A program made the translations under genes and the position numbers. From an uncultured Pseudomonadota bacterium (GTDB lineage Bacteria > Pseudomonadota > Alphaproteobacteria > JACZXZ01): a stretch of DNA of 64,000 nucleotides. Below are positions 31,838-42,108 of the stretch, in pieces. Positions within the stretch are counted from its first letter, which is position 1, and each line of letters begins with the position of its first letter. The notes under the pieces are model-generated. The model worked only from the letters and a program-made list of their open reading frames with translations. It was not told the origin of the DNA and searched no databases. The stretch spans positions 288,001 through 352,000 of the forward strand of contig CAVVLJ010000004.1 in assembly GCA_963749075.1 (NCBI GenBank). The letters are read 5' to 3'.

Positions 31838-32119
31838 AATCGGGCACACTTGATTGCGCGCCACATCTTGTGCTTTTAGGTCTGAGTCGGATAAGCATTG
31901 CTGCACCTATCTTTCTTGCGACAGTCTTCGTGAATTGGCTGAAGATTACGCATTTATCTTATCTATCTGACGCGGTGCTCGAGGAATACGCGGAAGAGGC
32001 CGAGTAGTTACTCGTAGGCGCTGCGCTCAGGCCCCTCAGCTCGTTTGCGAGGACATTGAGGCCCGCCCCGCGGCCACCACACAGCCTCCGCGTCCTCCGC
32101 GCTGAAGCCTTGCCTTCAT

Positions 32120-35100
32120 TCATTCCGCCGCGGTGCGCTGCGAGGGCGGCGTGCGGAAGGCGGCGAGGAGCTCGGCCTCGCGCGCCTTCACTTCGGCGAG
32201 GTGGCGCTCCTTGATGTGGCCGTAGCCGCGGATGTGCTCGGGCAAGGCCGCGATCTCGACGGCGAGCCTGTGATTTTCGTGGTCGAGGCCTCGGACCAGC
32301 TCCTCGATCACCGCCTCGTACTCGCCGATGAGGGCGCGCTCGCGCTTGCGCTCGGCGCTCTTGCCGAAGGGGTCGAGCCAGCTGCCGCGCAGACCCTTGA
32401 AGCGTGCCACGATGCGGAAGGCCGAGAGCATCCAGCGCCCGTACTTGCGCTTCTTGAGCTCGCCCGTCTCGGCATCGCGCTCGGCGATGAGCGGCGGCGC
32501 CATGTGGAACTCGAGCTTGAAGCCGCCCTCGAACTGCTCGTGAAGCGCTCGGAGGAAGGCGCCGTCGGTATAGAGCCGCGCCACCTCGTACTCGTCCTTA
32601 TAGGCGAGGAGCTTGTAATAGTAGCGTGCTGTCGCCTCGGCGAGGCCGGAGAGGCCCTTGGCCTTCTCGCTCTCGGCCGCGGCCACGCGGGCCACGAGCG
32701 CCTTGTAGCGCCCGGCATAGGCGGCGTCCTGGTAGGCCGTGAGCTCGGCCGCACGGCGGCTCACGATCTCGTCGAGGGTGCGCGAGATGAGGTGGCCCGC
32801 CGCGACCACCTTGGGTGCCGCCGCCTGCTCGACGCGCGCGAGGTCGTGGGCGGCGAGGCGGCCCCAGCGGAAGGCGCCGCTGTTCATCTCGACCGCCACG
32901 CCGTTGAGCCCGATCGCCTTGAGGATGGCCTCGGCCGAGACCGGGATATAGCCGCGCTGGAAGGCGAAGCCGAGCATGAAGAGGTTGGTCGCGATGGCAT
33001 CGCCCATGAGTGCGGTAGCTAAGCGCGTGGCCTCGATCACGTCGGTCGCCCGCTCGCCGGCCGACTGCCGGATGGTCTCGAGGAGGGCGCCCGCCGGAAA
33101 GGCCATATCCGGATTGCGCGTGAAGTCGCCGGTCGGCGTCTCGTGGCTGTTGACCACGGCGCGCGTGACGCCCTCGCGCATCTTGCCGAGCGCCTCGCTG
33201 CCCGCCGCCACCACGAGATCGCAGCCGAGCACGAGGTTGGCCTCGCCGGCGGCGACGCGCGTGGCGTGGATGTCCTCGGGCCGGGATGCGATGCGCACGT
33301 GGCTGAGCACGGCGCCGCCCTTCTGGGCGAGGCCGGTCATGTCGAGCACGGAGATGCCCTTGCCCTCGATGTGGCTCGCCATGCCGAGCAGCGCGCCGAT
33401 GGTGACGACGCCGGTGCCGCCGACGCCGGTCACGAGGATGTTGTAGGGCTCGCTGCCGAGTGCCGGTGCTGTGGGCTCGGGCAGGCCGGCCGAGGGATCC
33501 GCCGCCGCTGCGGCCGCCTTGCTCTTGCGCAGCCGGCCGCCGTGCACGGTGACGAAGCTCGGGCAGAAGCCGTTCACGCAGGAGAAGTCCTTGTTGCAGC
33601 TCGACTGGTCGATCTGGCGCTTGCGCCCGAACTCGGTCTCGACGGGGACGACCGAGAGGCAGTTGGACTTGGCGCTGCAGTCGCCGCAACCCTCGCACAC
33701 CGCCTCGTTGATGAAGGCGCGCATGGCGGGGTCGGGGAAGGTGCCGCGCTTCCTCCGCCGGCGCTTCTCGGCGGCGCAGGTCTGGTCGTAGACGAGCACG
33801 GAGGTGCCCGGCCATTCGCGCAGCTCGCGCTGCACGGCCATGAGCTCGCTTCTGTGGTGGATGGAGGTGCCTGGGGCGAACTCGGCGCCGACGGCGTATT
33901 TCTCCGGCTGGTCGGTGACGACGGCGATGCGCCGCACCCCCTCGCCGTAGACCTGCTGGGTGATCTGCGGCACGGAGAGCTCGCCGTCGATGTGCTGGCC
34001 GCCGGTCATGGCGACCGCGTCGTTGTAGAGGATCTTGTAGGTGATGTTGACCTTGGCGGCGACCGCGGCGCGGATGGCGAGATAGCCCGAGTGGAAATAG
34101 GTGCCGTCGCCCAGGTTGGCGAAGATGTGCTTCTCCTCGGTGAAAGGCGAGAGGCCGATCCAGGGCGCGCCCTCGCCGCCCATGTGGGTGTAGGTGGCCG
34201 TGCTGCGGTCCATCCACACGGCCATGAAGTGGCAGCCGATGCCGGCGGTGGCGCGGCTCCCCTCGGGCACCACGGTCGAGCTGTTGTGCGGGCAGCCCGA
34301 GCAGAAATAGGGCGTGCGCTTGAAGTCCGGCCCCTTGGCCTTGAGCATGCGCTCCTTGGCCTCGAGGAAGGCGAGGCGGTCCTTGATGCGCTCGCTCGTA
34401 TAGAACCGCCCGAGGCGCCCGGCGATGACGCGCGCGATGCGCGCCGGCGTGAGCTCGTCGTAGGCCGGCAGCAGGATGCCGTGGTTCTCGTCGAACTTGC
34501 CCACCACGCGCGGGCGAACGTCGGCGCGCCAGTTGTAGAGCTGCTCCTTGAGCTGGTTCTCGATGAGCGCGCGCTTCTCCTCGACGACGAGTATCTCCTC
34601 GAGCCCCTCGGCGAAACGGCGCATGCCCTCGCGCTCGAGCGGCCAGCTCATCGCCACCTTGTAGACGCTGAGGCCGATCTCGGCGGCCTGGGCCGCGTCG
34701 ATGCCGAGGTCGTCGAGGGCCTGGCGCACGTCGAGATAGGACTTCCCCGTGGTGACGATGCCGAGGCGCGGCCTGGGGCTCGCGATCACCGTCCTGTCGA
34801 GCCCGTTCGCGCGCGCGAAGGCCAGTGCCGCATAGAGCTTGTGGCGCATCAGGCGCTCTTCCTGCTCCATCCAGTTGTCCGGCCAGCGGATGTTGAGCCC
34901 GCCCGGCGGCAGCTCAAACTCCGCCGGCGTCACGATCTCGACGCGGTGCGGATCGACGTGGACCGAGGCCGAGCTCTCGACCGTGTCGGCGATGGTCTTG
35001 AAGGCCGTCCAGCAGCCCGAGAAGCGCGAGAGCGCCCAGCCGTAGATGCCGAGGTCGAGGAACTCCTGCACGCCCGCCGGGTTGAGCACCGGGATCATGG

Positions 35101-35596
35101 CCGACATGAAGGCGTATTCGCTCTGGTGCGGCAGCGTCGACGACTTGGCCGCGTGGTCGTCGCCGGCGAGCAGCAGCACGCCGCCGTGCCTCGAGGTGCC
35201 GGCGAAGTTGCCGTGCTTGAAGACGTCGCCCGTACGGTCGACCCCGGGCCCCTTGCCGTACCACATGGCATAGACGCCGTCGTATTTGGCGCCGGGGAAG
35301 AGGCCCACCTGCTGGCTGCCCCACACGGCGGTCGCCGCCAGGTCCTCGTTCACGCCGGGCTGGAAGTGGATGTGGTTCTTGGCGATGAAGCGCTTGGCCT
35401 GCCAGAAGGCCTGGTCGAGGCCGCCCAAGGGCGAGCCGCGATAGCCGGAGACGAAGGCCGCCGTATTGAGCCCCGCCCTGAGATCGCGCTGGCGCTGCAT
35501 CATGGCCAGGCGCACCAGCGCCTGGGTGCCGGTGAGATACACGCGGCCGGTCTCGAGCTCATATTTGTCGTCGAGTGTCACAGCCGCAAGCGCCAT
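32120..35596 (-). CDS. Indolepyruvate ferredoxin oxidoreductase family, fused alpha/beta
   Basis: SGYRGSPLGG, FCSGCPHN, GDGTYFHSG, CEGCGDC, GVGGTGVVT, GLAQKGG. Confidence 0.95.
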   Translation of the reverse strand: MALAAVTLDDKYELETGRVYLTGTQALVRLAMMQRQRDLRAGLNTAAFVSGYRGSPLGGLDQAFWQAKRFIAKNHIHFQPGVNEDLAATAVWGSQQVGLFPGAKYDGVYAMWYGKGPGVDRTGDVFKHGNFAGTSRHGGVLLLAGDDHAAKSSTLPHQSEYAFMSAMIPVLNPAGVQEFLDLGIYGWALSRFSGCWTAFKTIADTVESSASVHVDPHRVEIVTPAEFELPPGGLNIRWPDNWMEQEERLMRHKLYAALAFARANGLDRTVIASPRPRLGIVTTGKSYLDVRQALDDLGIDAAQAAEIGLSVYKVAMSWPLEREGMRRFAEGLEEILVVEEKRALIENQLKEQLYNWRADVRPRVVGKFDENHGILLPAYDELTPARIARVIAGRLGRFYTSERIKDRLAFLEAKERMLKAKGPDFKRTPYFCSGCPHNSSTVVPEGSRATAGIGCHFMAVWMDRSTATYTHMGGEGAPWIGLSPFTEEKHIFANLGDGTYFHSGYLAIRAAVAAKVNITYKILYNDAVAMTGGQHIDGELSVPQITQQVYGEGVRRIAVVTDQPEKYAVGAEFAPGTSIHHRSELMAVQRELREWPGTSVLVYDQTCAAEKRRRRKRGTFPDPAMRAFINEAVCEGCGDCSAKSNCLSVVPVETEFGRKRQIDQSSCNKDFSCVNGFCPSFVTVHGGRLRKSKAAAAAADPSAGLPEPTAPALGSEPYNILVTGVGGTGVVTIGALLGMASHIEGKGISVLDMTGLAQKGGAVLSHVRIASRPEDIHATRVAAGEANLVLGCDLVVAAGSEALGKMREGVTRAVVNSHETPTGDFTRNPDMAFPAGALLETIRQSAGERATDVIEATRLATALMGDAIATNLFMLGFAFQRGYIPVSAEAILKAIGLNGVAVEMNSGAFRWGRLAAHDLARVEQAAAPKVVAAGHLISRTLDEIVSRRAAELTAYQDAAYAGRYKALVARVAAAESEKAKGLSGLAEATARYYYKLLAYKDEYEVARLYTDGAFLRALHEQFEGGFKLEFHMAPPLIAERDAETGELKKRKYGRWMLSAFRIVARFKGLRGSWLDPFGKSAERKRERALIGEYEAVIEELVRGLDHENHRLAVEIAALPEHIRGYGHIKERHLAEVKAREAELLAAFRTPPSQRTAAE

Positions 35597-35819
35597 GGCT
35601 AACCCTCCCGCATCCGTCTCCCCGGCCTCGTCTCTGTCCTTGCCGCCTGAGAGTAATTTTGTTTCGCGACCAAGGCAACGCCGGTAGAGGAGCCATGCAG
35701 AGAACGCAAGAATGGATCGGGGACTCGACCGCGGATGGATGGAAATTTCCCCGCCGCAGCGGATCGCGGAACGCGGTTGCGCGCAGCACCTTTGCACAGC
35801 AATCCGTTTGGGCGTAGAT

Positions 35820-35843
35820 TAGACTGGTGCAAAGACTAGTCTA
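35820..35843. promoter_or_regulatory. Inverted repeat, probable TA autoregulatory operator
   Basis: TAGACTGGT-N6-ACTAGTCTA (one mismatch), about 25 nt before the antitoxin start. Confidence 0.6.
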
Positions 35844-35868
35844 TTTCGCTTTCTGAGGCGGGACGGCC

Positions 35869-36111
35869 ATGAAGATCGAGATCGGCGCCTATGAAGCCAA
35901 GACCAAGCTGCCGGAGCTCCTGCGCGGCGTGCAGAGCGGCAAGCGCTACACGATCACCCATCGGGGCAAACCGGTGGCGGAGCTCGGGCCGCCGCCAGAG
36001 CTCAAGCAACGGCAGGCGGCCGCGGCGGTCGAGGCGATGAAGCGCTACATCAAGGAGCACCCGCGTGTCCGCGTCAATATCAAGGCCTTGATCGAAGAGG
36101 GGCGTGATTGA
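35869..36111 (+). CDS. Phd/YefM family antitoxin
   Basis: IGAYEAKTKLPELL...ITHRGKPVAEL.P. Confidence 0.92.
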   Translation: MKIEIGAYEAKTKLPELLRGVQSGKRYTITHRGKPVAELGPPPELKQRQAAAAVEAMKRYIKEHPRVRVNIKALIEEGRD

Positions 36112-36542
36112 ACTTCGTCCTGGACAACTCGATCGCGATGCGCTGGGTCTTCGCGGACGGCGGCAAGAGGGATTTGAGCTATGCCATGCAGGTATTGGAC
36201 GCTCTCGATGCGGCCGAGGCCGTTGTGCCGGCCATCTGGCCGCTCGAGGTCGCCAATGTACTGGCCCGCGCCGAAGCGCGCGGCCTGAGGAGCGCAAGCG
36301 ATAACGACGCATTCATTGAACGTCTGCGGCTGATGCCGATCGTGATCGATCCGGAGACCGCAAGCCGGGCGCTCGCCGCGACGCTGCAGCTGTCGCGGCG
36401 CCATCGACTGACCGCCTACGATGCCGCCTATCTGGAACTCGCCATGCGCAAGGATCTGCCTCTTGCCACCTTGGACGAGGAACTTGCCGGCGCGGCCAAG
36501 CGCGCGGGCGTCGCGCGCTTCGAGGCGGCCGCCGCGCGCTGA
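36108..36542 (+). CDS. vapC: VapC PIN-domain toxin
   Basis: FVLDNS, W..EVAN, LTAYDAAYLELA, LATLD; TTGA overlap with the antitoxin. Confidence 0.92.
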   Translation: MNFVLDNSIAMRWVFADGGKRDLSYAMQVLDALDAAEAVVPAIWPLEVANVLARAEARGLRSASDNDAFIERLRLMPIVIDPETASRALAATLQLSRRHRLTAYDAAYLELAMRKDLPLATLDEELAGAAKRAGVARFEAAAAR

Positions 36543-36545
36543 GGC

Positions 36546-38330
36546 CTAATAGAGCGCGTCGAGCGCCGGGCCATAGACCTCCTTGATGACGTGGCGGCGG
36601 ATCTTGAGCGACGGCGTCAGCATGTTGTTCTCGAGGCTGAAGGCCTCGGGCACGAGGATGAAGCGGCGCACGCGCTCGATGGGCGAGAGCTTGGCGTTGA
36701 CGCGCTCGAGCGCCTGGCCGACGGCGTCGCGGAAGCCCTTGTCCGCCGCGAGCTCGGCGAGCGATGCAGGCACCCCCTTCTTGGCCGCCCACTCCTCCGC
36801 GAACTCCTTCTTCGCCACGACGGCGGCGACGAGATAGGCCCGCTTGTCGCCATAGACCATGGCCTGGGCGATCTCGGGCTCGACGGTGAGGAAACCCTCG
36901 ACGCGCTGCGGCGAGACGTTGTCGCCGCCCGAGTTGACGATGATGTCCTTCTTGCGGTCGGTGATCTCGATATAGCCGTCCTCGTCGAGGCGGCCGATGT
37001 CGCCGGTATGGAGCCAGCCGTCGCGCAGCACCTGGGCGGTGCCCTCGGCGTCGTTCCAATAGCCCTTCATGACGAGCTCGCCGCGCACCAGGAGCTCGCC
37101 GTCCGCGGCGATCCTGACCTCGACGTCCTTGAGCGGCGGGCCAACCGTATGGATCTTGACGCGCTGCGGCGGGTTGCAGCTCACCACCGGCGCCGCCTCG
37201 GTCTGGCCGTAGCCTTGCAGGAGGCGCAAGCCGAGTGCCGTGAAGAAGACGCCGATCTCGGGGTTGAGCGGAGCGCCGCCCGAGACGAGCGCCTTGAGCC
37301 GCCCGCCGAAGCGCGCGCGCAGCTTGCTGCGTACCAGGAGGTCGAGGGCCGCGTCGATGATGCGCTCGCCCAAGCTCAAGCTCGCCGGCGCCCGGTAGCG
37401 CTTGCCGCCGAGCTCGACGGTCTTCCAGAAGAGCTTGGCCTTGAGGCCGCCCTGGCGCCGGATGCCCGTTGTGATGCGGGCGTGGAGCGTCTCGTAGAGC
37501 CGCGGGACCGCGGTCATGATCGTGGGCTTGGCCTCGATCATGTTGGCGGCGAGCGTGTCCGCCCCCTCGGCGTAATAGATCTGGGCGCCGATCGAGATGG
37601 GAAAGAAGAGTCCCGCGGCATGCTCGTAGGAATGGGAGAGCGGCAGGAAGGAGAGAAAGCGCTCGTTCTCGAGGCCGAGCTGGCGCAACAACACCTCGGC
37701 CCCCATGCAGTTGCAGATGATGGCGCCGTGGCTCAAGGCAGCACCGCGCGGGATGCCGCCCGTGCCGGAGGTGTGGATGATGCAGCTCACGTCGCCGCGC
37801 GCGATCGATGCGATCACCGCCTCCACGTCGTCCGGCGTGCCATCGCCGCGCGCGAGGACCTCCTCCCACTGGAGTACGTCGATGCCCGGGTGCTGGGTCA
37901 GCCCGATCGGCTCCATCGCCACGACGAAGCGCATGCTCGGGGACTGGCGCGCCGCCGCGAGCAGGTTGCTCGAGAGCTTGCGCGTCGAGACGACCGCCGC
38001 CTTGGCGCCCGAATTGTTGAGGATGTGGCGGTGGTCGTCGACCGTGTTGGTGACGTAGCCGGGGACGCTGACGGCGCCCGCCGCCATGATGGCGAGGTCG
38101 GCAAGCGCCCATTCGGGCCGGTTCTCGGAGACGAGCGCCACGCGCTCGCCGCGCTCGATGCCGAGCGCGCGCAAGCCCCGCGACAGCCGGCCCACCGTCT
38201 CCGCCGCCTCCGCCCAGCTCGTCGCCCGGTAGCGGCCGTCGCGCTTCGCCCAGAGGAAGGACTGACCGCCGCGCTCGCGGGCGCGTTCGAAGAACATGTG
38301 GGCGAGATTCGGCACCGTCTTGTAGTCCAT
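36546..38330 (-). CDS. Long-chain fatty acid-CoA ligase (AMP-dependent)
   Basis: HTSGTGGIPRG, GYGQTE, GWLHTGD, TDRKKD, LTPSLK; true start MDYKTVP at 38330. Confidence 0.93.
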   Translation of the reverse strand: MDYKTVPNLAHMFFERARERGGQSFLWAKRDGRYRATSWAEAAETVGRLSRGLRALGIERGERVALVSENRPEWALADLAIMAAGAVSVPGYVTNTVDDHRHILNNSGAKAAVVSTRKLSSNLLAAARQSPSMRFVVAMEPIGLTQHPGIDVLQWEEVLARGDGTPDDVEAVIASIARGDVSCIIHTSGTGGIPRGAALSHGAIICNCMGAEVLLRQLGLENERFLSFLPLSHSYEHAAGLFFPISIGAQIYYAEGADTLAANMIEAKPTIMTAVPRLYETLHARITTGIRRQGGLKAKLFWKTVELGGKRYRAPASLSLGERIIDAALDLLVRSKLRARFGGRLKALVSGGAPLNPEIGVFFTALGLRLLQGYGQTEAAPVVSCNPPQRVKIHTVGPPLKDVEVRIAADGELLVRGELVMKGYWNDAEGTAQVLRDGWLHTGDIGRLDEDGYIEITDRKKDIIVNSGGDNVSPQRVEGFLTVEPEIAQAMVYGDKRAYLVAAVVAKKEFAEEWAAKKGVPASLAELAADKGFRDAVGQALERVNAKLSPIERVRRFILVPEAFSLENNMLTPSLKIRRHVIKEVYGPALDALY

Positions 38331-38446
38331 GGCGTTTCCCCGAGCGCACCGTTCTCGCGCGGTCTTCACGACTCCGTGAGGCCTCGCCTGCGGAGCCGCG
38401 GTTAGTCTCTTGGCATGTCTTGGGCGATTTCGGAAGCGGCAAAACG

Positions 38447-38475
38447 CTTGGCGGGCGGCTCCCGGTGTCCTATAT
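38447..38475 (+). promoter_or_regulatory. RpoH (sigma32) promoter of pepF
   Basis: CTTG-N18-CCTATAT, a match to the alphaproteobacterial RpoH consensus. Confidence 0.65.
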
Positions 38476-38498
38476 GGCTCAGTCTCAGGGAGTGCACC

Positions 38499-40301
38499 AT
38501 GGCCAATACGGAAGCGGCGGAACGGCAGGGCGGGCGCGGCCTCGGCGCTTTGCCGCAATGGGATCTCGCCGACCTCTACCCCGGCCCGCAAGCGCCCGAG
38601 CTCAAGCGCGACCTCGCGGCGAGCAGCGCGGCCTCGGCCGCTTTCGCGCGGCGCTACCGCGGCAAGCTCTCGGGGCTCGCGGGCGAGGCGGTAGCCGAGG
38701 CCATCGCCGAGTACGAGCGTATCTCCGAGACCCTCGGGCGGCTTTCGAGCTACGCCGAGCTGCGCCACGCGGCCAACATGTCCGACCCGGCCGTCTCGCG
38801 CGAGACCCAGGACATGCGCGAGAAGGTGACCGACATCTCGGCCGAGACCATCTTCTTCACGCTCGAGCTCAACCGCCTCGAGGACGACCGTCTCGCCGAG
38901 CTCCTCAAGCTGCCGGCGCTCAGGCACTATCGGCCGTGGCTCAGGGACCTGCGCGCCTTCCGTCCGCACCAGCTCTCGGACGAGGCTGAGCGCCTGCTTC
39001 ACGAGAAGGCGGTCGCCGGTCGCCAGGCCTGGACGCGTCTCTTCGACGAGACGCTGGCCGCCTTGCGTTTCCCGGTGGCCGGCCGCGAGCTCACCAGCGC
39101 CGAGGTGCTCCATCTCCTCGCCGACAAGGACGCAGGCACCCGCAAGGAGGCCGCCAAATCGATAGGCCTGGTGCTCGGCGAGAACGTGCGGCTCTTGGCG
39201 CTCATCACCAATACGCTCGCCAAGGACAAGGAGATCGAGGACCGCTGGCGCCACTTCGCGACGCCGATGGCCGCGCGCCATCTCTCGAACCACCTGGAGC
39301 CGGAGGTCGTGGACGCCTTGGCCGGCGCCGTCGAGGCCGCCTATCCGCGGCTCTCGCACCGCTACTACCGCATCAAGGCGCGCTGGCTCGGCAAGGACAA
39401 GCTCGACTACTGGGACCGCAATGCGCCGCTCCCCGAGGGCGACGACCGCGAGATCCCGTGGCGGGACGCGCGCGAGACCGTGCTCGGCGCCTACCAGGCG
39501 TTCTCGCCCGAGATGGCGCGCATCGTGCGCCGCTTCTTCGAGCGGCCGTGGATCGACGCGCCCGTGCGCCCGGGCAAGGAGCCCGGCGCCTTCTGCCATC
39601 CCACGGTGACGAGCGCCCACCCCTATGTGCTGCTCAATTACCAGGGCAAGGCGCGCGACGTGATGACGCTGGCCCACGAGCTCGGCCACGGCGTGCACCA
39701 GGTGCTCGCGGCCGGCCAGGGCTATCTCATGTCCGACACGCCGATGACGCTCGCGGAGACGGCGAGCGTGTTCGGCGAGATGCTGACCTTCCAGGCTCTC
39801 CTCAGGGGCGAGCGCGAGCCGCGGCGGCGCCGCGTCATGCTCGCCGGCAAGGTCGAGGACATGCTCAACACCGTGGTGCGTCAGACCGCCTTCTACGGTT
39901 TCGAGCGCAAGCTCCACGAGGAGCGCAGCACTGGCGAGCTCACGGCCGAGCGCATCGGCGAGATCTGGATGGAGGTGCAGCAGAGAAGTCTGGGCGACGC
40001 CTTCCGCTTCGAGGAGGAGTACAAGTACTACTGGTCCTACATCCCCCACTTCATCCACTCGCCCTTCTACGTCTATGCCTATGCCTTCGGCGACTGCCTG
40101 GTGAACTCGCTCTACGCCGTCTACGAGCGCGCGGAGCCGGGCTTCCAGCAGAAGTACCTCGAGATGCTGCGCGCCGGCGGCACGCTCCACCACAAGGAGC
40201 TGCTCGCCCCCTTCGGCCTCGACGCCTCGGACCCCGGCTTCTGGCAGAAGGGGCTCAAGCTCGTCGAGCGCTTCATCGACGAGCTCGAGGCGGCACTCTG
40301 A
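38499..40301 (+). CDS. pepF: M3B oligoendopeptidase F
   Basis: WDLADLY, HELGHGVH, AETASVF, PFYVYAYAFG. Confidence 0.93.
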   Translation: MANTEAAERQGGRGLGALPQWDLADLYPGPQAPELKRDLAASSAASAAFARRYRGKLSGLAGEAVAEAIAEYERISETLGRLSSYAELRHAANMSDPAVSRETQDMREKVTDISAETIFFTLELNRLEDDRLAELLKLPALRHYRPWLRDLRAFRPHQLSDEAERLLHEKAVAGRQAWTRLFDETLAALRFPVAGRELTSAEVLHLLADKDAGTRKEAAKSIGLVLGENVRLLALITNTLAKDKEIEDRWRHFATPMAARHLSNHLEPEVVDALAGAVEAAYPRLSHRYYRIKARWLGKDKLDYWDRNAPLPEGDDREIPWRDARETVLGAYQAFSPEMARIVRRFFERPWIDAPVRPGKEPGAFCHPTVTSAHPYVLLNYQGKARDVMTLAHELGHGVHQVLAAGQGYLMSDTPMTLAETASVFGEMLTFQALLRGEREPRRRRVMLAGKVEDMLNTVVRQTAFYGFERKLHEERSTGELTAERIGEIWMEVQQRSLGDAFRFEEEYKYYWSYIPHFIHSPFYVYAYAFGDCLVNSLYAVYERAEPGFQQKYLEMLRAGGTLHHKELLAPFGLDASDPGFWQKGLKLVERFIDELEAAL

Positions 40302-41662
40302 TGGCGCGCGGCAAGACCGAGGCGCTCGAGGCGAGCACGCTCGGCGCGCGGGTGCGGCGCTACGCGCGCGTCGGCCGCGCCATGGGCGGGCTCGCGGTCG
40401 AGCTCGCCGGCAAGCGCTACCTCGGGCTGTCGCTCGACCGCAACCGCCATGCGAGCGAGCTGGCGACCGCACTCGGCGGGCTCAAGGGCCCCCTCATGAA
40501 GGTGGCGCAGCTCCTCTCCACCATCCCCGACGCGCTGCCGAGCGAATATGTGGGCGAGCTCTCCCAGCTCCAGGCCAATGCGCCGGCCATGGGCTGGCCC
40601 TTCGTCAAGCGGCGCATGGCGGCCGAGCTCGGCGCCGACTGGGAGGGCCGCTTCAAATCCTTCGAGCGCGATGCGGCGCGCGCGGCTTCGCTCGGCCAGG
40701 TGCACCGTGCCGTGGCGCTGGACGGCACCCCGCTCGCCGCCAAGCTGCAGTACCCGGAGATGGCGTCCGTGGTGGAGGCGGATCTCAAGCAGCTCAAGCT
40801 CGTCTTTGCCCTCTACGAGCGCTACGACAAGGCGATCTCGACGCGCAACATCCATGCCGAGATCGCCGAGCGTCTCGGCGAGGAGCTCGACTACGAGCGC
40901 GAGGCGCGGCACATGCGGCTCTATGCCGACATGCTGCGCCGCGAGCCGGGCGTGCACGTGCCGGAGGTGATCTCCGAGCTCTCGACGCGCCGGCTCCTCA
41001 CCATGACCTGGCTCGAGGGCGTCCCACTCGTCGCCTGCAAGGACTGGCCGCTTGCCAAGCGCAACCACGTCGCCTACAACATGTTCCGCGCCTGGTACGT
41101 GCCGTTCTATTACTACGGCGTCATCCACGGCGATCCGCACCTCGGCAACTACACGGTGCGGCCGGACGGCAGCATCAACCTCATGGATTTCGGCTGCATC
41201 CGCGTCTTCAAGACGCCCTTCGTGAGGGGCGTCATCGATCTCTATTGGGCGCTCAGCAACGGCGACGAGGCGCTCGCGGTCAAGGCCTACGAGACCTGGG
41301 GCTTCAAGAAGCTGTCGAAGCCCCTCGTCGAGACCCTGAACATGTGGGCGCGCTTCGTCTATGCCCCGCTCATGGAGGACCGCGAGCGGGCGATCGAGGA
41401 GACCAACTCCGGCGTCTACGGCGCGCGCGTCGCCGGGAAGGTGCACCGCGAGCTGCGCCGGCTCGGCGGCGTCACCCCGCCGCGCGAGTTCGTGCTCATG
41501 GACCGCGCCGCCATCGGGCTCGGCTCGGTCTTCCTCCATCTCGCCGCCCACGTCAACTGGCACCGCCTCTTCCACGAGCTCATCAAGGACTTCGACGAGG
41601 CAGAGCTCGCCAAGCGCCAGGCGGCGGTGCTCAAGCGCGCGGGGCTGGCGGTGCCGGGGTGA
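40301..41662 (+). CDS. ABC1/AarF/UbiB family atypical kinase
   Basis: KVAQ, ASLGQVH, AAKLQYP, EELDY, HGDPHLGN, DFG; TGATG overlap with pepF. Confidence 0.92.
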   Translation: MARGKTEALEASTLGARVRRYARVGRAMGGLAVELAGKRYLGLSLDRNRHASELATALGGLKGPLMKVAQLLSTIPDALPSEYVGELSQLQANAPAMGWPFVKRRMAAELGADWEGRFKSFERDAARAASLGQVHRAVALDGTPLAAKLQYPEMASVVEADLKQLKLVFALYERYDKAISTRNIHAEIAERLGEELDYEREARHMRLYADMLRREPGVHVPEVISELSTRRLLTMTWLEGVPLVACKDWPLAKRNHVAYNMFRAWYVPFYYYGVIHGDPHLGNYTVRPDGSINLMDFGCIRVFKTPFVRGVIDLYWALSNGDEALAVKAYETWGFKKLSKPLVETLNMWARFVYAPLMEDRERAIEETNSGVYGARVAGKVHRELRRLGGVTPPREFVLMDRAAIGLGSVFLHLAAHVNWHRLFHELIKDFDEAELAKRQAAVLKRAGLAVPG

Positions 41663-41691
41663 GGGGCGGGCCGCCCGCCCGGTGCAGCGCT

Positions 41692-42102
41692 TCAGCAGCG
41701 AATCGTCTTTAGCGCATCGGTCTCGTCGGCGTAGGCGAGGATGAGCGCGTCCCGCGTCATCAGCGGGACGTCCAGTTCGCGCGCGGTCGCGATTAGCATG
41801 CGGTCGGCGGCATCGCCGTGGAAGGGCTCGGGGAGGAAGGAAGATTGCAGAGCGGCCCGCATCGAGAGGGGAGCCTCCCGCACCCCCGGTTGGGCAAGGA
41901 AGCGCGCAAGCCATTCCGCGGGATCGGGCGTGAGCGCCGCGATCCTGCGCTTGCCGACCAGGAAACCCAGCTCCCAGGCCGAGACGGGCGAGACCAGCAC
42001 GCCGCCCTCCCGGCGAGCCGCCTCCAACGCGAGAAGAGCCTCAGCTTGGAGCGGCTCGCCCTCCGCGATCCAGACGATCGCATGGGTGTCGAGGAGGAGC
42101 AT
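41692..42102 (-). CDS. vapC: VapC PIN-domain toxin
   Basis: LLLDTHAIVW, SPVSAWE, HGDAADRMLIATA, LMTRD. Confidence 0.92.
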   Translation of the reverse strand: MLLLDTHAIVWIAEGEPLQAEALLALEAARREGGVLVSPVSAWELGFLVGKRRIAALTPDPAEWLARFLAQPGVREAPLSMRAALQSSFLPEPFHGDAADRMLIATARELDVPLMTRDALILAYADETDALKTIRC

Positions 42103-42108
42103 AGGCGC

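Noticed and set aside
38331-40472. Apparent 1308-aa fusion ORF 36546-40472 (-)
   Set aside because: Only the last part (from ATG 38330) is the acyl-CoA ligase; the rest is the antisense shadow of pepF.
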